Shown one piece after another: positions 1 through 12,827 of a stretch of 64,000 nt of DNA. The number at the start of each line of letters is the position of its first letter. Within the stretch, counting starts at the first letter, position 1. The notes beneath the pieces were generated by a model that saw only the letters and a program-made list of their open reading frames with translations, did not search any database and had not been told where the DNA came from. Source of the stretch: Octopus bimaculoides (taxonomy: Eukaryota). The stretch covers positions 8,280,052-8,344,051 of the forward strand of contig NC_068989.1 of the NCBI RefSeq assembly GCF_001194135.2, in the 5' to 3' direction. Position numbers and translations under genes: made by a program.

Positions 1-57
<57 letters not shown>

Positions 58-1311
58 GGAAACGCAAACGTACATTCATGCACTGTAACACAAAAGGGTT
101 AATATAATTTCGTCATATAAAGTGTTATCTCACATACATCTGACCCTGCATCTCCCCTTCAATAAAATACGAAATTTGCCAACAATAGTGGGTTATAGAG
201 TTCCTCTACAACTGTTGGCAATGTTCCTTGTCAAAATCAATCAATAAACACTGCAAAAATATGAATACACATATACATGTATGTGTATGCAAAAGTACAA
301 CACATAAGCGAAGGCCGTATGCAAGTTTTTCTTGAACAAAGAAAAACAGACATAGTTAAACACAGTTCACCGGTTAGCTTATGTGCAAAGTCATTATGAT
401 TTCGGCGCTGGAAAATTTGAAACCGTTCGTCTGGAATGCGCCAGGGTAAAACCTGAATTAAACAAAGAAAATTCATTCTACTCACAAAAAAAAAGAAAAC
501 AAGAAAGAAAGAAATAAAGTAAACATGGGTCAGATTCGCACAAAAAACTCATAGACAGTGAATTAACTCCAGAGGAACTTTTCGACTTGAGACAAAGGCA
601 AACAAAGATTATGTTGTGGAGATGGAAACTAGAAAAAGCTTTTCGTTTTGACATATGCATATATTTTGACAAAACTAGGTCACATTAAAGTCGCATGAAA
701 GCCGGGAAGATGGCATGCAATCGGACACTACAGATATATCGATTGATACTGTAGTGAAGTAGAATCAGCTATGTACTGGAGCATACATCATACTGGACAT
801 AGTTGCGATCTTAGGAATTAGGGACAACTTCAAAATCTTTTATATGGCAATGCTACAGGGATCATTACGTGTTTAGCACAAGCTCTGCAGAAACACAAGC
901 GCTAGCAACCAAACTCGTCTAAGATGTGTTCAAGTCTATGTAACCGTCTTGTACGCCATCGTTCGTGTCTGTTCGTGAGTGCTTTTGCCGAACAGATGTT
1001 GTCACATGTTGGATGATCCCGACTTTCTGCCATGTCTACAGTGAAAAACCAATGCGCCACCTTACTTTGGCAGGGAAGGGGGACATGTCTTTTCCTGTTT
1101 AGTGTTTGTGACGATTCTGTAATTATATTAAATTTCTTTTGTATATTTTCTTATAAGTATTGTTATATCTGATTTTCTTTGAGTTTCCTTTGATCAAGTT
1201 AAACACAGTTTTTTGCAGTATTTTCTGCAGTATATTTCATTCTTTGTATTCAATGTTCAACGTCTTGAAATCTTGTGGCCATAAAAAAAGATTATTATTT
1301 TCAATATTATT

Positions 1312-1527
1312 GGCAGCAAGCTGGCGGAATTATTAGGACGCTGGACAAAATGCTTCAGCAGCATTTCGTTCGTCTTCACGTCCTGCGTTCAAATTCTACC
1401 AAGGTCGACTTTGCCTTTAATCCTTTCGGTGTCAATAAAATAAGTACTAATTGAATACTGGGGGTCAACATAATCGACTAGTCCCCTCCCCTTATAATTC
1501 CAGACCTTATGCCTTTAGTAGAAAGGA
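1312..1527 (+). mobile_element. tRNA-derived SINE, family A
   Basis: Pol III A-box-like (GCTGGCGGAATT) and B-box-like (GTTCAAATTC) motifs. Body GTCGACTTTGCCTTT..ATCCTTTCGG recurs more than 15 times in the window. Ends GCCTTTAGTAGAAAGG followed by (ATT)n. Confidence 0.9.
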
Positions 1528-1542
1528 TTATTATTATTATTA

Positions 1543-1574
<32 letters not shown>

Positions 1575-1637
1575 GTTGTTGTTGTTGTTGTTGCTGTTGT
1601 TGTTGTTATTATTATTTCTTTAATTATTTATTTAAGA

Positions 1638-1850
1638 GGGCGAGCTGGCAGAATGGTCAGCATGCCGGGGAAAATGCTTAGTGGCATTTCGTCCATCTTT
1701 TACTTTCTGAGTACAAATTCCGCTCAGGTCTCCTTTGCCTTTCACCATTTCGGAGTCAATAAAACAAGTACCAGCTGAGTACTGTGGCTGACGTAATCGA
1801 CTCAACTCCTCTCCCAAATTTCAGGCCTTGTGCCTATAGTAGAAAGGAAT
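1638..1850 (+). mobile_element. SINE family A, second copy following the (ATT/GTT)n tail of the first
   Basis: GGCGAGCTGGCAGAATGGTCAGCATGCCGG head. Ends CCTTGTGCCTATAGTAGAAAGGAAT. Confidence 0.9.
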
Positions 1851-1857
1851 ATTAATG

Positions 1858-2102
<245 letters not shown>

Positions 2103-3081
2103 CGGGTGTTACAAAAGATGAGCGTTCATGAACGATGTTAGTTTATATTTGACGTTCGCTTTCTTCTTTAGATGAATAATAACATCTACAAAGAATTATT
2201 CAATGTAGGTGTTAAGTAAACGTGTATCTCCACCCGCTGTGTATACTGACAAATGAGTATTTACTTCTTTATCTTATATCAGTTTAAAAAACGATGTGTT
2301 TCTTTATGCGCCCGTCTTCTATGCCCCTGTTTAAACATTTACATATGGATATCAAAACGTGCGCGTCTATGTCAGTGTACGATTGTGATAGGGTAAAATT
2401 TTAATGAGATGTGATAAGAAATGAGATTACAGGGTGATACCTTAATTACACACAAAGCATTGCCTGTAGAGGTGATTACAATTTTCAATTCACTGATGAG
2501 ATACTTCCGTGGATATTTCTGTCTAATGTTTAGATCACAACACGTATAATACAACATAGAGAATTACAGCAACACTTATAGGAAACGGACGAAAAAGCAA
2601 GAAGGAAAATCCATAATGTAAAGTACAATGAACGAAAGCACACTGAGACGTGTATAACTACAAACGCACACATAGAGATACGGAACTACCATGACGAAAA
2701 CACATACACTTATGCTCTCTCTATATCTCTCATTTTCTCACTCACTCACAATCTCACACACTCTTTCACTCTCTCTCTGTCTCTCACTCACTCACAATCT
2801 CACACACTTACACATGCACAAACAGATAACATGTAAAGACTGAATGCATATGTGGGAGGAAAATAGTGTGCTATACACGTATGTAGGATTATATTCGAAT
2901 CTATGTTTGTTCCCATTTGTGGTGCTGCGAAACTTCATTATATGTATATAAATATATATATGTATACACACACACACATGCACACACACACAAACAAACA
3001 CACATATATATATATGAAATATATATATACATATATAATATATATATATATGTATGTATAAAATATATGTGTATATATATA

Positions 3082-3646
3082 CAGGGGTTGGACTAAATAA
3101 TGGAAACACCTTAAAATTTCAAACAAATTTATTTTGATATGGGGTAGGACCGCCTTTGGAAGTAATTACAGCTTGAATTCTACGAGGTATGAACTCGTAC
3201 AAAGTTTGAATTGTTTCCAAATGAATTTTTGTCCATTCTTCAGTTAAAACAGTCTCCAATTCTTGTAGTGATGATGTTGGAGGATATCGACTCCTTACTT
3301 GTTTTTCTAAAATGCACCATAAATGTTCAATGATATTGAGATGTGGGGACTGTGGTGGCTAGATAAGTTGTTCAACTTCACTAGAATGTTACTCGTGCCA
3401 TTCAGTAACAACTTTAGTCTGCACTAACAATTTGACCTCTTTGAAAGTCCGATAGATTTGTCATTTTAATGAATTATAGTTATCTTCTGATGATGATATC
3501 TGAAAAGACACATCAATTTTATCAAAACATATTAAGCAACACTAATAATAAACCTAAAACACATGAAAATAAACAAGCTTTTGATGGTTTTATAGATATT
3601 TCAAAATTATGATGCTAAGTGTTTCCATTATTTTGTCCAACCCCTG
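3082..3646 (-). mobile_element. Tc1-family DNA transposon, internally deleted non-autonomous copy
   Basis: 28-bp TIRs (CAGGGGTTGGACTAAATAATGGAAACAC at 3082-3109; inverted copy 3619-3646, 1 mismatch), flanked by TA on both sides. Minus-strand remnant at about 3140-3415 reads *PPQSPHLNIIEHLWCILEKQVRSRYPP..LQELETVLTEEWTKI..IPRRIQAVITSKGGPTPY, matching the Tc1 transposase C-terminus (WPPQSPDLNPIE motif). It has in-frame stops. Confidence 0.93.
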
Positions 3647-3652
3647 TATAAG

Positions 3653-3755
<103 letters not shown>

Positions 3756-4052
3756 GCACACGCACACATATGTAATACTTACGCATATATATGCATAGTT
3801 AAATATGTCCATTCACACATGTGCGTGCGTTGCGTGAGCCTGCGTGAGTGCATGTCTACGAGCGATGCCTTTCGAATTATAATCTACGCATAAATTATAG
3901 TTCTTCACAATATAGATTTTTGTATTATGACCTGTTTAATACGTATATGCATATACATGCACACACACATGCAGCACACGCGAACACACACACACACGCA
4001 CACACCCGCACACAGACGCGCGCGTGCACACACACACACAAAGATAGATACA

Positions 4053-4258
4053 TAGTCGTTAGCATGCCGGACAAAATGTGTAGCGTATTTTGTCCGTCTT
4101 CACGTCTTGAGTTCAAACTCTGCCGAGGTCAACTTTACCTTTTATTCATTCGGGGTCGTCAAAATAAGTACTAGTTGGGCACTTGGGTCGATGTAATTAA
4201 CTCACNNNNNNNNNNNNNNNNNNGAAATTGCTAGCCTTGTGCCAAACTTTGAAATCAA
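4053..4258 (+). mobile_element. SINE family A
   Basis: GTCGTTAGCATGCCGGACAAAATG..GAGTTCAAACTCTGCCGAGGTCAACTTT..CCTTGTGCCAAACTTTGAAATC. Spans a 17-nt gap. Confidence 0.85.
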
Positions 4259-5214
4259 TATCACGAGTTAAGTATATACTTCGATTAACAATGACCATGC
4301 GGTCAATCAGTACCCGTTGTAATATTGCTTAAGATCTATAACATTCTTGATTGTTATTAGATCTATCGCCCTTGTCTGTCGGTGATAGCTTTTGCACATC
4401 TCTGGAGGGAAATTTTTCCAACTAATTACATGGATACTTTCAGATGATGGAAAATTTTTCATTCACTTTACTACATATATTAGATCTTAGCGTATACGAA
4501 CTTAGCATGTAAATTGCTCTTCTGGATTATTTTCCCTCAATTCTCTTTTTATTCATAATAGCATCCCCATTTCTCCGCTATTTCAGAATTTAGTAATCAC
4601 TTAAAAATCTCACTTATTGAATGGAATATGCTACGCAGAGGAGCTCTTATAAGGTCGAAACATGTTCCTTGCTCATTCCTATATACTTATTCGCAGTCGG
4701 TTCCATAGTCCGACACAGTTAATGAACAACAGTCATTAGCTAATCTCTCAATCTGTACCGAGAATGTCTATTTTCAATCGGTTCTCCCGGCCTTTATCTT
4801 CCCAAGTGATTTCAATGTACAGAACTCATCTAGGTTTTGGAGTTCATCTCACATTTACACTACAGGACCAGCGGCCAAATTTTCATTTGTTCTAAATTTT
4901 CTACACTATTAACTATCCTCAAATATCGATATTTTTGTCTGAGACGAGACATCAACTCTCCGAAGCATTCTGTCTCTTTTCTTTTAACCTCTAACCAGCT
5001 TTTATCATATCTACTCTCATCAAACAATCAATAACTCTCACGTTCATATCTCAGAACATCTGCCGAACCCGAATTCTCTGGTGTTTCAAGTTTGTTAAGT
5101 TATCTGAGCTATTCAGTTCTATCTCAATCACCTTCGCCTACAAACATGACCGGTACTAGTAAGGGTTATGGCTCATACTACTAATTTGACTTTATTAATA
5201 TGTAGAAAACTAAA

Positions 5215-5610
5215 GGCAGAATCGTTGCCGGAAAAATGCTTAGCGACCTTTCACCTGGCTTTACGTTTTGAATTCAAATTCCGCTGCGGTTGACTTTCTC
5301 TTTCATCCTTTAAATACCAGCTGAACACTTGGTTCGATGTAATCGACTTGACCCCCTTGGCCAAAATTTGAAACCAATGTATGCAAAACGTAAGGTGACG
5401 AGCTGGCAGAATCGTTAGCACGCCGGTCAAAGTACTTAGCAGCATTTCGTCCCGTCTTTACGTTCTGAGTTCGAATTCCACTGAAGACGACTATACCTTT
5501 CTTCCTTTCGGAGTCAATAAAACAAATATCAGCTGAGCACTAAGAACAATGTTATCGACTCGCCACCATTCCCCTAAACTGCTGATCTTGCGCCAAAATT
5601 CGAAACTAAC
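5215..5610 (+). mobile_element. Two tandem SINE family A copies (5215-5377, 5394-5610)
   Basis: Both have GGCAGAATCGTT heads, GTTC(A/G)AATTCC B-boxes and CCAAAATT(T/C)GAAAC tails. Confidence 0.87.
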
Positions 5611-7192
5611 ATATACAAAACTATGACAAATTGCTGTAATTAGGAAAAAATAATTTCTAATGTCGTTTTTTCTGAAGGAAACAAAGTATGTATTAGCGAC
5701 ATACAAGCTTTTCCTTTAGCAACAAAAATGAAGTTGATTTGACCAAACTGACACTGCGTTTAAGTTTAAGGAGGTTATGCCTTGAGTTGCTGCGCTCGTT
5801 TGAATAAAATTATGAAAATAATATTTATGAGGCTGACAGGAGCCTCTGACGATAATTGACCAATTCTATTTTCTTTATCTTGCCCAATATTTTTTCGATA
5901 TTTCTAAATAGATTTCAATATTGCAGATTTGAATATAGATTTGCACATTTTTCAAGATTTATAATAACGATGAAGAAAAAATATAAGTAAAAGACAAATA
6001 AAATAATGTTTTCTCTCATATCTTGGTCCAGCATATATATATANNNNNNNNNNNNNNNNNNNNNNNNNNNNNNNNNNNNNNNNNNNNNNNNNNNNNNNNN
6101 NNNNNNNNNNNNNNNNNNNNNNNNNNNNNNNNNNNNNNNNNNNNNNNNNNNNNNNNNNNNNNNNNNNNNNNNNNNNNNNNNNNNNNNNNNNNNNNNNNNN
6201 NNNNNNNNNNNNNNNNNNNNNNNNNNNNNNNNNNNNNNNNNNNNNNNNNNNNNNNNNNNNNNNNNNNNNNNNNNNNNNNNNNNNNNNNNNNNNNNNNNNN
6301 NNNNNNNNNNNNNNNNNNNNNNNNNNNNNNNNNNNNNNNNNNNNNNNNNNNNNNNNNNNNNNNNNNNNNNNNNNNNNNNNNNNNNNNNNNNNNNNNNNNN
6401 NNNNNNNNNNNNNNNNNNNNNNNNNNNNNNNNNNNNNNNNNNNNNNNNNNNNNNNNNNNNNNNNNNNNNNNNNNNNNNNNNNNNNNNNNNNNNNNNNNNN
6501 NNNNNNNNNNNNNNNNNNNNNNNNNNNNNNNNNNNNNNNNNNNNNNNNNNNNNNNNNNNNNNATATATACATGTATGATGTCTGATCGATTACTTTGATT
6601 TTATTTAACATGGCAGCAGCCGTTTTTATAGGAGTGGTTATTTAATCAGTTAAAAAGCCCATACCAGTGTGTTTTCGCATTGCTTAAATGCTATCAATAA
6701 ATCAGAACTGATCATATTCTCTCCTATCGATATAAAAATGATTAAACATAATATGAACGCCATCGAGGAATAAATTAAATCTTGGTATTGGCTCTTTCAT
6801 TTCAAAGGCATAAATGCAAAAGAAGAACTTTCTATACAGCTCTATAGACATTGGGTTGATAACCTGCTGACGGATACGTGTTTTGAAGGATGGAACCTGG
6901 CTCCAGAAAACATCTATTCGCAAAAGATGGCGCATATCATTATTTGTCACTGTTGTCCATAGAACAAATAGTATGTAATAATATTTCATTTGTTATGCTT
7001 TATTGTACAATGTGATATGCAAATATGATGTTCAAATATTATATATTCAAATATAATACAACATTCTAATTCAATATGATATTCAAACACGGCATTCACG
7101 TACAATATTCTATATAAAGGGAAATGAACAAACATTTATTAAATATCCAACTCTTAGAATTAAACATTTTGAAATATCTTTAATATATTTCT

Positions 7193-7330
7193 AGGCGCAG
7201 GTTTAGCTGTTTTGTGAATATGTATTGTAACCACGTTGTTTTGTGTACAATCCCATTGTAGCGCTACACCCGGCATAAGTGCCTTCTACTGTAATCTGGG
7301 GCTGATCAATACTATGTGAGTGAATGCAGT

Positions 7331-7383
<53 letters not shown>

Positions 7384-7541
7384 TAGGCGACAAGCTTCAG
7401 TTTCTACCTACTAAATCCACTCACAAGACTTTGGTTGGCCCAGGTCAATAGGAAAAAACACTTGCGCATTGTACCCTGCTGTGGGACTGAACTTGGAACT
7501 ATGTAGCTTAGGAGCAAGCATCTTATTACACAACCACTCCT
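7193..7541. mobile_element. Two SINE family B 5' halves in opposite orientation (7193-7330 +, 7385-7541 -) separated by (CA)n
   Basis: AGGCGCAGG..GCTGT head on plus. AAATCCACTCACAAGACTTTGGTTGGCCC..GTGGGACTGAAC on plus is the reverse complement of the same head. Both copies are diverged. Confidence 0.7.
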
Positions 7542-7547
7542 TGACAG

Positions 7548-7618
<71 letters not shown>

Positions 7619-7757
7619 TGCATTTTGAGTTTGGATATAACTGGCACTCGTTAAATTAATGTGGAAGTGTCTGAACAGTCCATGGAGGTTGAGCGTGCAC
7701 AAAATGTGACAAGCGTGGCTCTTTATAATCCACGTAGGTAGTCAATTTTACTACCTA

Positions 7758-7860
7758 CGTGGACTGGAGCAACGTGAAATAAAGTGTTTTGCTCAAAGAC
7801 ACAAGGCACTGCCGGGAATCGAACTTACGACTTTGCCAAATACCCGAATCACTAAGTCTC
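7758..7860 (-). mobile_element. SINE family C 5' fragment
   Basis: GTGGACTGGAGCAACGTGAAATAAAGTGTTTTGCTCAAAGACAC..CCGGGAATCGAAC is the reverse complement of the family C head and core. Confidence 0.8.
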
Positions 7861-7914
7861 GTACCTTTACCTGTTTAGACCTACCACTTGAGAAGCACTT
7901 GAGCAAGTTTCTTA

Positions 7915-8070
7915 ACATTCCCATAACCGAGCGATTCGGCAATAGACCGATAGAATATGTTCCAGGTTAAAAGAAATGCTGGAGTTCATTTACACAAATA
8001 AAGACGTTTCAAGGTAGTGCTCCAGTATGTCCGTACTCCAATGACTGAAATTAACAAGCTAAACAAATAA
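7915..8070 (+). mobile_element. SINE family B 3' half
   Basis: GATTCGGCAATAGACCGATAGAATA..GGTAGTGCTCCAGTATG..AATGACTGAAA. Confidence 0.75.
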
Positions 8071-8776
8071 GCAGAAACCAAGAAGTGTGTCGTGTCATTG
8101 TTAATGTAATAAAGCCATCTGAATGCGATTGTGAGGTAAACAACGATAAAACGTCGGACAATGTATATGAAATTAATTACTTTCAGTCTGTCGCTGCCTG
8201 TCTATCTCTCTTTCTATGTGTGTGTTCTGGGTTCGAACCCCAACGGCCTTTATATTGTTTTGTATTCTTCAGAGATCGATAAAGCAAGTTATCAGACTTA
8301 TATATATATACTGGCACCGAACCATCAACAATAAACGTTTCTTACAAAACACGTGGCCATTTGCCAAATTCGAGGAAGTAATAATATTGGCTAGCATTAT
8401 AGACCAAGAACTAGTCTCTGACTTTTCAACTGAGATACTCACATACATTTCGGATAGAAAATAAAATCCTATTTGCTACTATGATGGCCTCAAAGACCCA
8501 TGTAAGATCATGCATAAGATACAAATTTTTTCTCATAAAAGTGTCTCAAAAATCACTCCAGGTTCTTTATACGAAGTTGGGTTCATATAAATATTAATGG
8601 TTTTAAAATTCATTTCCCTGAATGTGTGCAGCAAAAACCAGGCTACGTCGATATAGCCGTGTGTCATATTGCCATCGAATATGGTAAATCCCATTCAATG
8701 TATGGTGACTTCGACGTTAGGTGAGATGGTTCACAAACTAGTTATTCGGGACCAATGGATGATATTGATAACAACG

Positions 8777-8777
<1 letters not shown>

Positions 8778-8866
<89 letters not shown>

Positions 8867-8871
8867 TTATC

Positions 8872-8900
<29 letters not shown>
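8778..8900 (+). repeat. (ATCT)n/(AT)n microsatellite (GATA-type). Similar tracts at about 11310-11420, 12068-12138, 17600-17870, 56545-56630 and 57296-57650
   Basis: Directly visible. Confidence 0.97.
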
Positions 8901-8904
<4 letters not shown>

Positions 8905-9214
8905 ATACATAGATTGATAGTAAGACAGACAGACAAATAGATAAATAGATAGATATATAGATAGATATAGAGGCAAATAGATAAATTAACAGACAATGTG
9001 TTAGATAAATAGATAGATAGATAGATAGACAGAGTGAGAGAAAGGGAGACTTTGATCTCTAGCAACGAAATGTTTTTATCACAAGAGATTAAAACGGTAT
9101 AAACTCTGTATATACGTGGTATTAATGGCTACAAAGACTATATCAACAATGACTTATAATCTCAACACAAGATTTCAGATCAAAACCACTTGGCAAACAA
9201 GTAACACATACGAG

Positions 9215-9260
<46 letters not shown>

Positions 9261-9344
9261 CCTCTCACTCTTCCTCTCTCTGTATATAAATGTGCGTCTC
9301 TTTGTGTGCCTGAGTGCATGTGCATTACAAATACATAATTATAT

Positions 9345-9482
9345 ATTATCTTTCAGCATTTAGATTTCACTTGCTCCAATCATTCGATCGCGCCCATGCT
9401 GGGGCACTGCCTTCAGTCGAATATACCGACTTCAGCACTTACATTTTTGAATCTGAATCTTATTCTAGTCGATCACTATTAC
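9345..9482 (-). mobile_element. SINE family B 3' fragment
   Basis: CAATCATTCGATCGCGCCCATGCTGGGGCACTGCCTTCAGTCGAA is the reverse complement of the family B tail. Confidence 0.7.
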
Positions 9483-9694
9483 CGAGCTTTTACGTCATGT
9501 GAATGTAAACAAACCATCACTGGTTGTGAAGCAGATGGGGCTGGGGAGAAGGACACTGATACGCGCGATGGTATTCTGTACAGTTTCCGTTCACCAAATT
9601 CACGCACACGACATTAACCACTTGTCCAATGTACACGAATCCAAAACCACGAGTTTGTATTCAAAAATAGTGGGTGTACTACAAATGATAAGAT

Positions 9695-9985
9695 GTGCAA
9701 AGACCCCCTTCGGTAATGAATTACCATGGGGTTGCACCTAGAAACTAACCCTCTGAGGCACAAGTATGGGTAAAGTTGTTTATGGAAAAGCAAACAGTCG
9801 CCCATGCATACCACCCTGCCATCTCCAAGCAACCGATGTTATCCAAGGGAAAGGCAAATGAGCCGATACAGCTTGGCACCAGTGACGTTGCAACGCATTC
9901 TACAGCTGACTGAACTGGAGCAACATGAAATAAGAACACAACTGGAGCAATGTGAAATAAAGAACACAACACACGGCCCAGGCGC
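9695..9985 (-). mobile_element. SINE family C, near full length, with an internal tandem duplication of about 28 bp (about 9913-9969)
   Basis: AAAGACCCCCTTCGG..GCACCTAGAAA..GCCGATACAGCTTGGCACCAGTGACGT..CTGGAGCAAC.TGAAATAA. Confidence 0.88.
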
Positions 9986-10489
9986 GAAATTTCTTTTGCA
10001 TACGGCCAATTCAGAGCTCAGCTATCAAACTAATTTATGAGCGCTTTACATGTGATGAGCGATAAGATAAGGTCACTTGAGTAAGGAATGACCATGCTTC
10101 TTTTCTCTTATAAGAATGCTTGTTGTTCTTGTTCTTGTTTCAACCATGGATGCCTCTGACTAGTTATTTGTGCTGTTGTAAAGCAGCAAAGGGGGGGGGG
10201 TGCTAACACATCACCCTCTACCCACATTTTTCCCATCCACATCTTCACCATATGGGGCCCTACCAAAATCCGATAATAGGTATAGATGCAAATCTATCTA
10301 ATTACTTATCTCCTTCTAAAATCAAGCATAACTTGGGCGATCGGTCGATTTACAACACCTTTCTTCGTCTTGAGTTTACTTGGTAGACTGCGTTTGTTAA
10401 CTTGACAGCAAGATCAAAGTGAGCTCTGATTGGCTGTATGCAAATGAGTTCATTACTGGGGTCCAGAACTCTCGTGGGAAATAAATTTC

Positions 10490-10730
10490 GCAGCTCGATC
10501 CGGGTATCGAACTCAGTACCTCATGATTGTGAACCTGACACTCTGAGCCATAATGAGTTGCGACGTCACTGGTGCCAAGCTGTATCGGCTTTTGCTTTTC
10601 TCAGGATAACATCGGTGGCGTGGAAAGGGGAGATCTTCCACAAACACCCATGTCCGAACTTGTGCCTCGAAGGGGAACTTTCTAGGTGCATCTCATAGTC
10701 ATTCATGACCGAAGGGGATCTTTACCCTTT
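10490..10730 (+). mobile_element. SINE family C with inverted 5' head (10490-10551 on minus) fused to forward body (10552-10730)
   Basis: CCGGGTATCGAACTCAG..CCTCATGATTGTGA..CTGAGCCAT is the reverse-complement head. It is followed directly by AATGAGTTGCGACGTCACTGGTGCCAAGCTGTATCGGC..GACCGAAGGGGATCTTTACC. Confidence 0.82.
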
Positions 10731-11335
10731 TAGAAATGTTGGGCAGGCCAAAAGCAGTCATAAATGAATCTGTATTTCATACGTGCTCCCTCTCACACTC
10801 TCTCTTTCTCCCTCTCTCTCATACACATATGCACACACACACATATACACACTCCCCCCACACACACACCAAATGAAAATGTTGGCTATTAATAAGTGTC
10901 ACCTTCATAACATTCATTCAGCTATATTTGGATCATAATCTTTCATTTTGAAATGGATACCAGTGTATTACTGGTATTAAGCGAAGGAGTGATACTGTAA
11001 TTCTCACATACGAACAGTATAATCACGTAGTATATACTTGATTAAGAAGAACACAGCCGAGAGTCAAAGTTTTGTGCGCATGTGTGTGTGTGTGTTTGTG
11101 TGTTTGTGTGCGCGCGCGTTTGTTTGTGCAGTGTGTAGTGTGTGAATATTTAAGAGTGAAGGGGGAGGGAGGAGAGAGAAAGACAGAATAGTTGCGATTA
11201 TTGCATATTTTAGACATGGTGAGCAGTCATAAATCTTAATTAAATATATAAATATATACAGGTAAAATGGAATTTAAACAGATAATATATACCAGACGGC
11301 TTGCTAACTTGATGAATAGATAGATAGAGAGATAG

Positions 11336-11394
<59 letters not shown>

Positions 11395-12067
11395 TATAGA
11401 TAGATAGATAGATAAGTAGTACCATAATTAAAGTGGTTGATAGCTATATAAATATGTAGATAGTAGATAAGAAATTGCATAAATTGGGAGAGAGAGAAGA
11501 GAGAGAGACAAAGATGTAGATATGCAGATACGAAGATAAATAGATAGGCAAATAAATAGATAAAAGGTTATCGAGATAGAAAAGCCGTAAGTTAGATAGC
11601 TAGCGACCAAGATACATAGTTCGGTAGACAGATAGTCAGATACGAAAATTGATAGGCAAGCAGGTAGATATGTAGATAGAGANNNNNNNNNNNNNNNNNN
11701 NNNNNNNNNNNNNNNNNNNNNNNNNNNNNNNNNNNNNNNNNNNNNNNNNNNNNNNNNNNNNNNNNNNNNNNNNNNNNNNNNNNNNNNNNNNNNNNNNNNN
11801 NNNNNNNNNNNNNNNNNNNNNNNNNNNNNNNNNNNNNNNNNNNNNNNNNNNNNNNNNNNNNNNNNNNNNNNNNNNNNNNNNNNNNNNNNNNNNNNNNNNN
11901 NNNNNNNNNNNGAGATAGAGAGAGAGATTTGTAGATATGTAAGTAAATAAATAGGTAAATGAATAGATAGAAAATAAAAGGCCATCGAGATAGAAAAATC
12001 GAGATAGTAGCTAGCTAGCAAGATATATAGTCCGATAGACAGATAGTGAGATACGGAAACAGAGAGG

Positions 12068-12138
<71 letters not shown>

Positions 12139-12299
12139 GCTGGAGAAGACAGGAAAAGAAAACAAAAAGAAAGTATGTATGAGAAGTAGGGAGGTAGGAA
12201 TAATGATAAAAATGTTACAAGCAGATTAGACAAGTATAGTGAGAAAAGATTAGGGAGAATGAGGGTGAGGATGGGCAATAAGATAACAAAGCAGGACGA

Positions 12300-12359
<60 letters not shown>

Positions 12360-12827
12360 TGAGGGAGAGAGTTAAGAAAGGCGAGAAAAATTTATTAAAA
12401 AAAAAGCAAGATTATGCTGTCACATAAACTGTATTATCATTGCAAGAAATTCAATAATAATCTACACATCGCAATAATCAGTTGTATATATGTATATATA
12501 TATGTAAATATACACACATACGGATAAAAATATGAATGATATATTTATGTATTTATACACGAATTTATGTATATGAATGGAGTCGGTTTGAAGAAGGGAA
12601 CGGCTAACTGAAATTTATGACGAAGTTTATGGGTAGTTTGTTGCGTTTCTTTCCAAACAGTGCCTTATATTTCTATACCGTTTCTAAACCCAAATGCACA
12701 TATAAATAAAGTATTCCTACGGTTTACACAGCATGCAGATTGCCGGATTTCACGTTAACATGCTTGTGGCTTTTGTCTAAATGTTCTTTTTTAATATATT
12801 TCTATAACCTGTATATTTATTACTTTG

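Noticed and set aside
356-450. Plus-strand frame containing QSHYDFG, reminiscent of the dynein heavy chain HYDFG motif
   Set aside because: The similarity does not continue (AGKFETVRLE versus LRALKSVL), there is a stop just upstream and the acceptor is weak. Probably chance.
6774-6962. 62-codon open frame (GINAKEELSIQLYRHWVDNLLTDTCFEGWNLAPENIY..) after a pyrimidine-rich AG
   Set aside because: No recognisable homology or partner exon. The length is within chance expectation.
7193-7541. Inverted family B heads around (CA)n as a hairpin RNA
   Set aside because: Both copies are too diverged from each other to give a convincing long duplex.
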